Notes under the pieces: model-generated
The model's database searches: none
The model's input: only the letters and a program-made list of their open reading frames with translations
What the model was told of the DNA's origin: nothing
Shown here: positions 38,680 to 46,700 of the stretch, one piece after another
How positions within the stretch are numbered: the first letter of the stretch is position 1
How the letters are laid out: each line of letters opens with the position of its first letter
From: an uncultured Gammaproteobacteria bacterium
GTDB taxonomy: Bacteria; Patescibacteriota; Microgenomatia; Woykebacterales; RBG-16-39-9b
Length of the DNA: 64,000 bases
Direction of reading: 5' to 3'
Assembly: GCA_964360785.1 (NCBI GenBank)
Contig: CAYHXX010000001.1
Span: 9,334 to 73,333 of the forward strand
Program-made: the position numbers and the translations under genes

Positions 38680-39034
38680 CCACCTTTGGCAGCAAAGGTG
38701 GCACCAAACTGCCGCAAAACTGCGCGTGCTAGAAAGATTTAAGTCACTCAAGCAAAATTGCAAACTCATCCGCCGGTTGGCGGACTCAAACAAGCAATTT
38801 GTGCTAATTCGCTTGGTCAAATCTTTCCTATACGCATGCTCGTAAAGCGGGGCTGAAATGCCTTAGCAAAGTTGGTGTTTTTGAACTAGCTAAAAAGCGA
38901 AGAGAAAGCTGGAACTGACCCGCCAGCTGGCGGGGAATTCCAGAAGTTTCCGAGCTTTTTCGCGTAGCTTCAAAAGCCAACACAGCGGAGGCTCTGCTTT
39001 TCTTGTTACTTCTTTTCGCAGAAGCAAAAGAAGT
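38680..39034 (-). repeat. Dispersed structured repeat, copy 2 (longer, with nested GC palindromes)
   Basis: Homologous to 26766-26985; two long hairpin domains capped by CCCGCCAGCTGGCGGG and TCCGCCGGTTGGCGGA. Confidence 0.85.
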
Positions 39035-39037
39035 GGA

Positions 39038-39394
39038 TTAAAACAGTTTTCCTCCAATTTTTGCATCGTGGTCAGCCTTGCCTGCCGGCAGGCAGGGTCG
39101 TACTAATACTACTCTCCCCTGCTCATCCGGTACGCCCAGTGTCAGGCACTCAGATACAAATGGTCCGATTTGTTTGGGTGGGAAATTCACTACTCCAAGC
39201 ACAAGTGTGCCTGTGAGCTCATCCTTATTATATAGTTCAACTATCTGGGCACTACTCTTTTTAATCCCGATTTCACTTCCGAAATAAATTTCTAGTTTGT
39301 AAGCTGGTTTACGAGCCTCTGGAAAATCCTCGACCTTAACTATCTTTCCAACCCGAATTTCGACCTTAGAGAAATCTTCGTAGTTAATTTTCAT
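39038..39394 (-). CDS. csaA: CsaA/Trbp111-like OB-fold tRNA-binding protein
   Basis: IRVGKI, FPEARKPAYKL, KKSSAQI, VVNFPPKQIG. Confidence 0.9.
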   Translation of the reverse strand: MKINYEDFSKVEIRVGKIVKVEDFPEARKPAYKLEIYFGSEIGIKKSSAQIVELYNKDELTGTLVLGVVNFPPKQIGPFVSECLTLGVPDEQGRVVLVRPCLPAGKADHDAKIGGKLF

Positions 39395-39695
39395 TGGTTT
39401 CTTTCTCTATCCAATCTAAATATGGCTGATTAACTTTTTCTGGTTTGACGCTGACAATTTCCGGAACTTCATAACCAGAATTTTCTTTGAGGAAAGTTTC
39501 GATTTTATCAAAGTTCTCTTCTTTGGTTTTGAGAATCATCAGAGCCTCAGTTCCCATCTTGATCTCCCCTTCCCACCAATAAGAAGACTCAACTTCAGTC
39601 AGGTTGTAACAAGCGATAAGTTTCAGCTCAAGGAGTTTGCGACCGAGTTTATAAGCGATTACTTTGCTGGTGATAGTTGTAAAGATAAGTATCAT
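39384..39695 (-). CDS. cutA: Divalent cation tolerance protein CutA
   Basis: LIAC.N, SSYWWEG, LKT, YEVPEI, YLDWI; ATG at 39695. Confidence 0.92.
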   Translation of the reverse strand: MILIFTTITSKVIAYKLGRKLLELKLIACYNLTEVESSYWWEGEIKMGTEALMILKTKEENFDKIETFLKENSGYEVPEIVSVKPEKVNQPYLDWIEKETNEN

Positions 39696-39924
39696 TGAGG
39701 AAGATTTTAGCACTTGTTTTGTCAAGAGAAAAGATATTGCTGAAAAGAAAACTCCCGGCTTTTGCGGGAAGTGGTGAGTTAGTAGGAAAAATCAGCAGAC
39801 TTGTTTTAAGAATACCACAACAGTCAAAAAGGAAACAAGGAATTGATTTTGCTCTTGGGCACTTACATTATTAAAGTACGCCCTTTAACAACCGAATTTA
39901 GCTGATTACCCGGAGGGAGGGGTC

Positions 39925-41169
39925 ATGTCAGCAACTGGGTTAGTCCTGTCGACCGACCAATCGGACAGCAAAATAGTTGATATATATACAAAAGGTGAGC
40001 ACAAGTCGCACCTTGTGTCGGCATGGTTGCCGATCCGTCGAATCAATGCCTTGAGGCAGATGCGCACGACATTTGACCCGGAAGAGTTGCGGAGTCTGGC
40101 AGATAGCATCACTGTCCAGCATCTGCTCCACCCACTGGTGGTGGCGCAATTTACCTCTGAACAGGCACTTGAGCACCTGCGGGTTATAAACAGAGCTTGG
40201 GGAACACACTACACAATCAACGACCTCAAGGCTACCGAGACTGAGGAGGGTTTGTTCTACTTCATTCTGGCAGCTGGGGAAAGAAGGTTGCGGGCAGTCC
40301 TATGGCTTTGGGAAAAAGGTTGCGAAGCTCATCGTGAAGAATATTCTCCGCAACCGGTTCCAGAAGGTTTCTGTTACATCAGTCACTTTGGAGACGACAG
40401 GATTCCGGTAAGAATCCGCACGGACGCAACTCCAGATATCGTACTAACAGTACAACTGGTAGAAAACACAGCGGTCCTGCCGCTACCACACGAAACTGCA
40501 ATGGCCTTTTCGGAGTACCACCCGATTTGGCAAGTATTCAACCCGAAAACAACTCTGAAAGATTTTGCCAAACAGGTGAATCGTTCATCAAGTACAGTCA
40601 GCGATTACCTGCGTTATGCCAAGCTTCCGGAATCGATCCACGAAGAAGTAAAGCAAGGGCTCATCCCATTCGGGATTGCGGTAGAGATCTCTCGTTTGCA
40701 CGAAGACGGTATGGGTGAGGAAGAGCTGGGATATTGGGTGTTGAAGGCCAAGGCCGGCAACTTCCCGATCCCGGACTTTCGTGAGATGGTCTCAAACACA
40801 CTCAAGGAAAGACACTCCGGACAAACAAGCATGTGGGATATGATGACGGCAAACGCTGTCGCCGCTGCCAACATGCAAGATATCCGACTGATACTGGAAC
40901 GGCAGCAAAGCCGTGGGTGGCACGTTGCGATTGGGGTAAGAAAGCGAGTGATAGCGCTGGTGAGAGATGGAAAACTGGGATTTAGAGACTCGCCCTTCTC
41001 CTCGAGAAGCGTAGTCAGACAGATGCGAATCGATCTCGAACTAGCTCGAGAAGAGAATGAACTTCTCAAACACTTGCTCGGTGCAGAAGGTTACCAGCAA
41101 GCTACTGAGATACTGGCAGAGCGGGATAGCCTGACTTTGCAATTATTTGAGAGAGCGGAAAGAGAATGA
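39925..41169 (+). CDS. ParB/Spo0J-like protein
   Basis: QMR..FD.EEL..LADSI, P.VV, AGERRLRA, QLVEN, HTH-like FAKQVNRSSSTVSDYLR. Confidence 0.8.
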   Translation: MSATGLVLSTDQSDSKIVDIYTKGEHKSHLVSAWLPIRRINALRQMRTTFDPEELRSLADSITVQHLLHPLVVAQFTSEQALEHLRVINRAWGTHYTINDLKATETEEGLFYFILAAGERRLRAVLWLWEKGCEAHREEYSPQPVPEGFCYISHFGDDRIPVRIRTDATPDIVLTVQLVENTAVLPLPHETAMAFSEYHPIWQVFNPKTTLKDFAKQVNRSSSTVSDYLRYAKLPESIHEEVKQGLIPFGIAVEISRLHEDGMGEEELGYWVLKAKAGNFPIPDFREMVSNTLKERHSGQTSMWDMMTANAVAAANMQDIRLILERQQSRGWHVAIGVRKRVIALVRDGKLGFRDSPFSSRSVVRQMRIDLELAREENELLKHLLGAEGYQQATEILAERDSLTLQLFERAERE

Positions 41170-41230
41170 GATCAAATGGAGAAAATCTAGAAGCCGTAGA
41201 CACCCTGTCGCCGGCTTCTTTTTATATCTC

Positions 41231-41533
41231 TCATTTCTCGTAGCCGATTGGATGCTTGAAGTCTCGAATACAACCTTGATCATCCCGATCATGTGGTAGA
41301 GACAGGTGTTCTCCGGAGCTTTCCACAACATGGCTCTTGATACACGGGCTGGTGAAAATCGCAATTGTCCCCAAAAATATCATGAATAGTATTATACCGG
41401 TTACAACTGCTGCTGTGCTTACAAGGTACAGTAGGCGCAGAGTACCCTCATCCATCCAGCTGCTTTTTGGAACAGTGCCGAAAACTTCGATGTGATCTTG
41501 ATGTTCGAAGTTGCCGTTACTTTCCATGATCAT
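41231..41533 (-). CDS. Small membrane protein
   Basis: GGAGGAG SD before ATG at 41533; one TM helix. Confidence 0.5.
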   Translation of the reverse strand: MIMESNGNFEHQDHIEVFGTVPKSSWMDEGTLRLLYLVSTAAVVTGIILFMIFLGTIAIFTSPCIKSHVVESSGEHLSLPHDRDDQGCIRDFKHPIGYEK

Positions 41534-41786
41534 TCTCCTCCGTGTCCCTCCAAGTCCTTTGAGCTTCTTTCCCAAAAGTTGGGTGAGGCCAATCCTCGAC
41601 AAATATCCAGCCAAGGATGAAAATTGCCACTGACAATGGGATCCACGCTATTGTCAGATATAAGAATCTCTCTGATGAAATCTCTAGTACAGACCAGCCT
41701 TGAAATAGTGTTACTAGAACAAGGGCTAGTAGACAAGAAATCCAGATGCCGGGAGAGGTGATCAGCCTTACTGCGTGCTTAACCAT
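41517..41786 (-). CDS. Small two-TM membrane protein
   Basis: GGGGAG SD; two hydrophobic helices. Confidence 0.55.
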   Translation of the reverse strand: MVKHAVRLITSPGIWISCLLALVLVTLFQGWSVLEISSERFLYLTIAWIPLSVAIFILGWIFVEDWPHPTFGKEAQRTWRDTEENDHGK

Positions 41787-41842
41787 AGCACTCCCCTTTC
41801 ACAAAAAAGATTATACAGCTTCAGGTCAAAGAATATTCGATT

Positions 41843-44299
41843 TTAGGAGATTTGGATTTGATTGTCTTGAACGGAAATGTTTACTTTTGAGCCCCGAGCA
41901 ATTTTTTCCTCGAGAATTCCTTGGGAGATTTTCGCTTCCACTTGGTCTTGAATTGCTCGTTGCAGCGGTCGAGCGCCGAAAGTTGGGTCGTAGCCGATTT
42001 TGGCCAGAAAGCTGGTTACTTCAGGAGAAAATGTAACCGTCAGGTCTTGCTTGGCCAGACGAAGGGAGAGTTTCTTCAACATAAACTCAACCACTTGTTC
42101 TACTTCTTGCGGGTTGAGTGGTTTGTAAACAATGACATCATCAAAACGGTTGATAAATTCTGGTCTAAAGATATGTTCAGTCAGAAGTTTTTCGATCAAG
42201 GGTTTTTTCAGGTCAGTTTCTGGATCGGCTTTTATTTGCTCGCGAATAAATTCCGCTCCGGCATTGGAGGTGGCAACAATGATAGTATTGGTGAAGCTTA
42301 TCGGTCTTCCCGAAGAGTCGGTAATTCTTCCCTCATCAAAAATTGCTAGAAAGATTTCAAGTATTTTTGGGTGGGCCTTCTCAAGCTCATCAAGCAAGAT
42401 AAGACTAAATTGATTGGCGCGGACAGCCTCGGTGAGCTGTCCCCCTTCCTTGTAATCGGAAAGCCCTGGAGGAGCTCCAATCAAGCGGTAAACAGAATTT
42501 TCTTGATTGAATTCGCTCATATCAAGCCGGATGATACTTCCTTCGTTACCGAAGTAAACCTCAGCCAAGGCTTTCGCCGTTTCAGTTTTCCCAACTCCCG
42601 TTGGGCCCAGAAAAAGAAAGACACCGATGGGTTTCTTGCTGTCGCGTTTTAAGGTTCTGGCGCGGCGAACTGCCTGAGAGATAGCACTGATAGCAGTATC
42701 TTGGCTGACAATCCGTTGGTGTAGCGTTTCTTCGAGTTTGATCAATTTGCCTTTTTCCTCGCTGTCCGCAAGACCAGCCGGGACTTTTTCTTTTTCGGTT
42801 ATTACCTGCTCGATGTCAGTGCTTTCCAGCAAGGTTTTGCCTGAGAGTGCGATGGCCGCGGCGGCCTGGTCTACCAAATCTATTGCCTTTCCAGGTAGAA
42901 CTTTGTCAATCATGTAACGCTCAGAAAGCTCGACGGCTTTCTTGATTGCCTGATAAGTAACAATTGTTTTGCTTTTTCCCTCTATCACCGTTGTTGCTTC
43001 CTCAAGTATTCTGATCGCCTGGTCAGTATTTGGTTCACTTACCTCGACTACCTCAAAGTTATCCGCAAACACCGGCTTGTCTTCAATAAATTTGTGGTAA
43101 GAAGCTCTTGTGGAGGTACCGATAATCTGCATATTTATATTTTTTAGGTTTTGCGAAAGAAAGCCAGTAATATCAAATTTACCACCCTGCAAAGCACCAG
43201 CAAGATTTTCTATGTTGGGAATGAACAAAACGACATCGCCCGCATGGCTCACCTCAACTAGAATATTTTTGAGTCTTTGCTCCATCTCTCCTTCAGAGGC
43301 AGAGGCATTTATTGCCGTGAAATCCATTTCTAAAAATCTTTTGTAAGAAAGTTCTGGCGATATCTTTCCGAGAATTGAGTTTCGTGCCAGTGAATATACA
43401 ATTGTAGTTTTTCCCAAACCTGGCTCCCCGATTAAAATGGCATTTTTCTTACCTGTTCGTATCAGAACCTCTTCGATTTGATTTACTTCTTTTTCCCGAC
43501 CAACCAAGAAATACTCATGGCCTGCTCTCAAGACTTCGCTGTTTATATCTTTGGTATATCTTTCTGTCTCTAGAGTCCAACCACCCATCCAAACGTCGGC
43601 AATCCCCAGACCCAAAGATGAGGTTGGGTTTTTCCAGAATGGGATTTTGTCCAAGTCAGCAGAGAAGACTTTGTGGGCCCAGTGAAGAATGTTTTCAAGA
43701 TCATTTTGCCGTAGCTCTTTGTCAAAGAGTATTTTTTTCAGTCCCTCAGATTCGGCGAAGAGTGCTGCTATTAGTGATAGCTCATCGATAGACGCTCTCC
43801 CCTCCTTTTCTGCTATTCCCTGGGAGAGCTGCATGAGAGAATCCATGCTGACCTTTTCTTCCGGAGAAAGCTCTTTCTTTAAGTCATACCCGGTTATATC
43901 TGCCTTGGCAAAGACAAACTTTACTTTACTATCAGAAAGCAAAGCTGAAACTAAATGTTGAGTGTTGCTCCAGCTTGGGTGGGCCAGCAAGGTCTTGGCA
44001 AGTCTAAAGCTGACCAACTCGGCAAGATTAGTGTTCTCTGTAATCCCAGCCAAGTTTCCTTTTGGTTGCGGCTTTGTTAGATGGAAGCGGTAGAAAGCCT
44101 CAAACATCAGAAAAATTCCAAAAAGAGAGAAGATGAAGTATGGCAAGTTCTCTGACCCGGCAGTTAGTAGTAGAACTATCGTCATCGAAAACAATACAAA
44201 AATGGAAAGGCGAACAATCACTCCAAGAGTTGATGAATAGACTAGGCTAAAAGCAGCTTGCTGCCAAAGCCTACTCTCACTAGGCGAAAATGGCAGCAT
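41843..44299 (-). CDS. ClpA/ClpC-type double AAA+ ATPase with N-terminal membrane anchor
   Basis: GEPGLGKT, LPGKAIDL, GPTGVGKTE, RLDMSEF, LLDELEKAH, GARPL; two N-terminal TM helices. Confidence 0.92.
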   Translation of the reverse strand: MLPFSPSESRLWQQAAFSLVYSSTLGVIVRLSIFVLFSMTIVLLLTAGSENLPYFIFSLFGIFLMFEAFYRFHLTKPQPKGNLAGITENTNLAELVSFRLAKTLLAHPSWSNTQHLVSALLSDSKVKFVFAKADITGYDLKKELSPEEKVSMDSLMQLSQGIAEKEGRASIDELSLIAALFAESEGLKKILFDKELRQNDLENILHWAHKVFSADLDKIPFWKNPTSSLGLGIADVWMGGWTLETERYTKDINSEVLRAGHEYFLVGREKEVNQIEEVLIRTGKKNAILIGEPGLGKTTIVYSLARNSILGKISPELSYKRFLEMDFTAINASASEGEMEQRLKNILVEVSHAGDVVLFIPNIENLAGALQGGKFDITGFLSQNLKNINMQIIGTSTRASYHKFIEDKPVFADNFEVVEVSEPNTDQAIRILEEATTVIEGKSKTIVTYQAIKKAVELSERYMIDKVLPGKAIDLVDQAAAAIALSGKTLLESTDIEQVITEKEKVPAGLADSEEKGKLIKLEETLHQRIVSQDTAISAISQAVRRARTLKRDSKKPIGVFLFLGPTGVGKTETAKALAEVYFGNEGSIIRLDMSEFNQENSVYRLIGAPPGLSDYKEGGQLTEAVRANQFSLILLDELEKAHPKILEIFLAIFDEGRITDSSGRPISFTNTIIVATSNAGAEFIREQIKADPETDLKKPLIEKLLTEHIFRPEFINRFDDVIVYKPLNPQEVEQVVEFMLKKLSLRLAKQDLTVTFSPEVTSFLAKIGYDPTFGARPLQRAIQDQVEAKISQGILEEKIARGSKVNISVQDNQIQIS

Positions 44300-44642
44300 A
44301 TATCCCCCAGATTACAAAAAACGGAAACACTAACCAGGTTACTAAAACCAAGCCTTCGATAAATACAAGAGCCGAGAAGAAAAGAATGTCGAAAAACAAA
44401 AAAACTGTCTTGATAAACATTCCCATAAACAAAGCAAACCGAGTAAGACCTTCACGGTACTCATTTTTCCACGGTTTAAAGTATGTTTTGAAGATTAGGC
44501 TTACTCCCAGGAATCGAAAGGCAGCGGAAAGAATAAAACGCAGAATTTGCAGAAGGTTGAAAGTAGCTTCAATAAACCACCAATGAAGGAACTCAAAAGG
44601 TAAGCTTACAAGGTAAGCAGTAAAAGACACGGCAGGCTGCAT
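44280..44642 (-). CDS. Membrane protein overlapping the Clp ATPase gene
   Basis: WW and TYFKPWK motifs, hydrophobic; 20-bp overlap. Confidence 0.75.
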   Translation of the reverse strand: MQPAVSFTAYLVSLPFEFLHWWFIEATFNLLQILRFILSAAFRFLGVSLIFKTYFKPWKNEYREGLTRFALFMGMFIKTVFLFFDILFFSALVFIEGLVLVTWLVFPFFVIWGIYAAIFA

Positions 44643-44678
44643 ATCTAAAGTGTACCTAATACGGCGGTTTTTCTCAAA

Positions 44679-45413
44679 TTATTTGCTTGGGGCGTTGGAA
44701 ACCTCAGTCAAACTGACCACACCATTGGTGATTTTTATTCCTTTGGCAGGGATTTGTGAGCCTGAAAGGGTTAGACCCACTTGTGCTAGGTAGCTATCGA
44801 CCAGGTTGCTAGCAACAAAAGTTGGTATCTGCACTTTTCCGAATTTTGCAGAAACCAGCTCAACACTGGCAACCAGACCGGAAACATCTATTCTGCCCAC
44901 TACTTCGATCGGGGCGTTAGTTTGGGCCAGTTTGCCGGTGAAGGTAAATTCGTTTTCACCCAATTTTATTTTTGGGTCAACAATTGGGAACTCGTTAGAG
45001 CTAGCTACTTGTTTTTGAAACAAGGCATTTATTTCCTCTTCATCAAGGGCAACACTTTTCAATGTTTGTCCCCCAGCTAAAGTTGAAATTGTATTTAGTT
45101 TTTCCTGGGCATTCTCAAGGGCGTATGCATCGACATTGTCCGCTGCTTTTACAGGCAAGCCAAAGAATTTTTCCGAGACCAAAGGTACTTTCACAAGCCC
45201 AGTCGATCCTGCCGCGATGGCGATTCCGGTAGACGCAACCGCAAGAAGTATCAAATTTCCAAAAAACCAACCAGCGATCAAAATACCAAAAGTTGCGAAT
45301 ACCCCGCGACTGTTAGTATTTTCAGATAATTTCTTTGTGTCTGACAATCCTGGATTGAGGATAATTGGCTCTTGAGGGTGTGGCGGTACCTCAGATGTAG
45401 CAGTTTCTTGCAT
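44679..45413 (-). CDS. Membrane-anchored hypothetical protein
   Basis: TM helix, TGL..VP..S, EEEINAL, AKFGKVQIP. Confidence 0.7.
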   Translation of the reverse strand: MQETATSEVPPHPQEPIILNPGLSDTKKLSENTNSRGVFATFGILIAGWFFGNLILLAVASTGIAIAAGSTGLVKVPLVSEKFFGLPVKAADNVDAYALENAQEKLNTISTLAGGQTLKSVALDEEEINALFQKQVASSNEFPIVDPKIKLGENEFTFTGKLAQTNAPIEVVGRIDVSGLVASVELVSAKFGKVQIPTFVASNLVDSYLAQVGLTLSGSQIPAKGIKITNGVVSLTEVSNAPSK

Positions 45414-45499
45414 AGGTATAGTTATAGCCTAGCGAAAAACTGTTCCTAGTGTCAACTTTTTCTTGAAAGTTGTTTGCACTAGACATATAATAATCTGTC

Positions 45500-45892
45500 A
45501 TGAACATTGTTGTTAAAGGTAAACATTTGCAAGAAAACCAAGCCTTGGAAGATTTTGCTCTCAAAAAAGCAACTAAGTTCTACCACTTTTTCCCAGAGAT
45601 AATAAAAATCGAGATTGAGCTCAAGTCTGAAACCGGCCATCGTGGTAAGGAAACGGACTTTTTCGCTGATCTCATGGTGAAAGTTCCAGGAAAGACTTTC
45701 AAAGTTACAGACACCGAGCGTGACATGTACAAAGCGATTGATCGAGCAGTGGATCGAATGAATGAGACTTTGAGACGCGAGAAAGACTATCAGAAAGGGC
45801 GAGCCAAACGTAGCTTGAGAAGATTTTCACTTCGAAATGTGGACTTTCTCGCTCCTTTTAAGGTGGTTAACAAAAGATTGTTTAGGCGGTAA
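45500..45892 (+). CDS. hpf: Ribosome hibernation factor (HPF/RaiA)
   Basis: MNI.VKGKH...AL, DMYKAID.AVD. Confidence 0.9.
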   Translation: MNIVVKGKHLQENQALEDFALKKATKFYHFFPEIIKIEIELKSETGHRGKETDFFADLMVKVPGKTFKVTDTERDMYKAIDRAVDRMNETLRREKDYQKGRAKRSLRRFSLRNVDFLAPFKVVNKRLFRR

Positions 45893-46469
45893 TTTTTTCG
45901 GCGGAAACGAATTTGTTATTTTCGTCAAAAACAAAATCCATCACTCCTCCGGTTGGCAAATGATAGGTCTTTACTCCGGATAGCTGTTTCTTTTCGAGAA
46001 AGAATTTCAGTGCTAGGATTGGAAACTCGTGGGAAACACAAACTACGTTTTTTCCACCATGACTTGAAAGTATCTGTTGTATTACACCCATCATTCTCGC
46101 AGCGATTTGGTTCAGGTTCTCCGTACCAAAGTCAGCATTGGGGTCATTGATAAAAGTTTCATAGTCATTGTTTGTAAATAATTGCTCGGCAGGTAAACCC
46201 TGCCAACGGGTTGATTCTGTTTCATTGAGATCAAAAACGTGTTCTATTTTCGCTTCGGGGATAGCCTGGGAAATTATTTCCGCCGTTTCAAAAGAACGCT
46301 GCAGCGGTGAAGTAAATATCTGGGTAATATTTTTTGTCCTTAGTAGTTCCCCAGTCTTGGTAGCTTCTTCTCTACCTGCTACACTCAGGGGATAACCAGG
46401 CATGCGTCCATAACTGATATTGCCTTCATTTTCTGTTCGACCGTGGCGCACAAAATAGATATGGGTCAT
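45882..46469 (-). CDS. Histidine phosphatase family protein
   Basis: YFVRHG, SPLQR..ETA, DLNE, VSH. Confidence 0.92.
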   Translation of the reverse strand: MTHIYFVRHGRTENEGNISYGRMPGYPLSVAGREEATKTGELLRTKNITQIFTSPLQRSFETAEIISQAIPEAKIEHVFDLNETESTRWQGLPAEQLFTNNDYETFINDPNADFGTENLNQIAARMMGVIQQILSSHGGKNVVCVSHEFPILALKFFLEKKQLSGVKTYHLPTGGVMDFVFDENNKFVSAEKITA

Positions 46470-46510
46470 TGGTTCTAAGTGTCTCAGAGTTGCTCTAGTA
46501 AATCAAGTTT

Positions 46511-46633
46511 TTAACTGCCTCCAAGAAATTGCAGTATGGTGTACAAAGCACCAAATAGGATAAGTATAAAGACGATAAAAGCGAGAAGACCTATGAAAAC
46601 AGAATTGTTTTGTTGGCCGTTGCTAGGATGCAT
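46511..46633 (-). CDS. Small single-TM protein (40 aa), below the ORF track cutoff
   Basis: Translated by hand: MHPSNGQQNNSVFIGLLAFIVFILILFGALYTILQFLGGS. Confidence 0.45.
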   Translation of the reverse strand: MHPSNGQQNNSVFIGLLAFIVFILILFGALYTILQFLGGS

Positions 46634-46700
46634 GTTACATATATCATATAACAAATGAGCTGGAGAATTAAGTTTCAATTATGTCATAATAACGTTGGCT

